Positions 62,311 to 64,000 of a DNA stretch of 64,000 nucleotides are shown in pieces. Below the pieces are notes generated by a model that saw nothing but the letters and a program-made list of their open reading frames with translations, made no database searches and was not told the origin of the DNA. The number at the start of each line of letters is the position of its first letter. The first letter of the stretch is position 1. Source of the DNA: Eledone cirrhosa (Eukaryota); contig OZ024747.1 of the NCBI GenBank assembly GCA_964016885.1, forward strand, positions 67,766,001 to 67,830,000, given 5' to 3'. The position numbers and the translations under genes were made by a program.

Positions 62311-64000
62311 TTTTCTCTTTCTCTTAATTTCGAGTATATTTTTTTGACCGGCCACCTTCTTGGTGGCAAGGTTGTAAAAGAAAAGAAATTGTCATCCCTT
62401 GAATCGCAAAAATGTTTTGCAAATTTTGAAGGTGCCAGCTATCGCAGCCATTTGTAGACTATGAATTAGGGAGCTGCGCTTTTTGTCCGCAAATCCAAGT
62501 TCAGTCATACTTTGGTCCAAGCGGGTTGGTATATAACCCGTAGCACCAATAATGATGGGTATGAAGCTAAAGGTGTATCTTGGATACTGGATTTGTAAGC
62601 TCCTCATCAATGGTCCGTAGATGTCCTCCTTCTCCTGTATTTTTCTGACAACGTTTACATCAAGTGGGCAACTGATCTCCACAACAGAACACGTTTTCAA
62701 TGTGTGGTCCCAAGCAACAATATCAGGCCGGTTGTGCTTTAATTTGGTGGCAGTTTTATTTTCAGGTTCCACCAGTATTCCTTAGTGCCATCTGTCTCAA
62801 TATATTCTTCCTCGTTTGTTGTTAATTTTGTTTTCCGAAGTGCGTTCCAGATGATTCTAGCTATCCCATCGTGTCTCATGGGGAGGTAGTAGCGAGATGA
62901 CATTCTTTCGCAGATAGCAACAATGTGGCTTACATCCTCGATCTTTGTTTTACATAGCCTACATTTATTGTCAGCTGCTGGCCCTCCTCTTTTGTGCAGC
63001 AGATATTTGGTAGGGAGTTCTTGTTCCTGTATTGCATAGAGATATCCCTCAAGGTGTGATGTCATAAACTTGTCGGAACTCCATGCCAGGCTTTTTGAGT
63101 GGTTTATCCCCTCTATGGTCTGTGTTTTACGTCTCAAGTATCCATGCACAACTTTTTCTGTAAATTGGTCAATTTTTTCATCTTGTTTGAACATTGAATA
63201 GGATCTTCCGATTTCTCTGGGTGAGAGATTTATATCAGGCTTTATTCCATATCTCTCCTCCAGATCAGTCGCTATTCTAATGATATTTCTTTTTTCATGG
63301 TCATAAACCTGGGCAAGATGGTTGCCAACCTTTTTCCTCTGTTGAAGGTGTTGCTTCAGTGTTACTATCCGGGTCTCATATGTTGTTAATATTGATTTTA
63401 GACCCCGGCCACCTTCCTTGCGTGAGAAGTATAGCCTATCCACATCACCATTGATGTTAAAGTTCCCAGTAACACTGAGAAGCTTTCGAGTTCTAACATC
63501 CATCTCACTTAGTTCTTGCAATGACCAGTTCAGTAGGCCAAATGTTGGCGTTAGAATTGGCACAGCATAAGTATTGTGGGCAATGTATTTGTTGTATGCT
63601 GACAGTTCTGATGACCAGTTCCGGTTCTCTCTTTATTTATGGGTCCATCATATCTGACATTCTCATCCTGTCCAAGATATCTGTAGTTGTCACCTGACTG
63701 CAGAGGTTGTATTGTCAGGCCATTCATCTCTAGAGTTCTAGAGGAGGGCACAGCTCTTCCACGTTTTACTGCCAAATATGCACACTTGGACTCACCAAAT
63801 TTCATTTTGATGTCGGTTGAAAATTGTGTAATGAGGTCCAATTGTTTCTTGATGTCATTGATATTTGGCCCATACAACTTCAGGTCATCAACAAAGAAAA
63901 GATGGGTGATACTTCTGGGCCCGCTTCTTTGTCCACCTTGTTTCCTGAGTAGGTAAGATAGTGGATTCAGTGAGAGAACGAAGAGTAGCACTGACAAGCT
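62311..64000 (-). mobile_element. R4/Dong-type non-LTR retrotransposon, second copy, frameshifted, runs off the window
   Basis: HLFFVDDLKLY (RT), YRYLG, CRLC..H..C, RHD, RPD..EISCP; highly similar to 7014-8388; ends in (ACAT)n. Confidence 0.92.

Overview
Repeat-saturated, AT-rich animal DNA with no recognisable host gene. The (TA)n/(TACA)n/(GA)n tracts and SINE types suggest an octopus or other coleoid cephalopod (inference). The window holds degraded retroelements: two Naiad-type Penelope-like elements (PLE; RT plus GIY-YIG), two R4/Dong-type RLE LINEs, and CR1, RTE and CRE-like LINE fragments. It also holds a Buster-type hAT transposon with an 8-bp TSD, a Tc2-like MITE, many tRNA-derived SINEs, an RTE-related non-coding repeat arrayed in (TACA)n, a 35-bp minisatellite and a 200-N gap. 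The most interesting signal is a recurring non-coding architecture in microsatellites: fold-back elements of 150 bp to 2.2 kb that carry type I hammerhead ribozyme motifs, several with core variants including U3-A8. Just outside one arm lies a covarying bulged hairpin, RCTC-stem/loop-TT-GAGY, shared by about 8 sequence-dissimilar families and the Naiad copy. All structures were read by eye; repeat boundaries are approximate.
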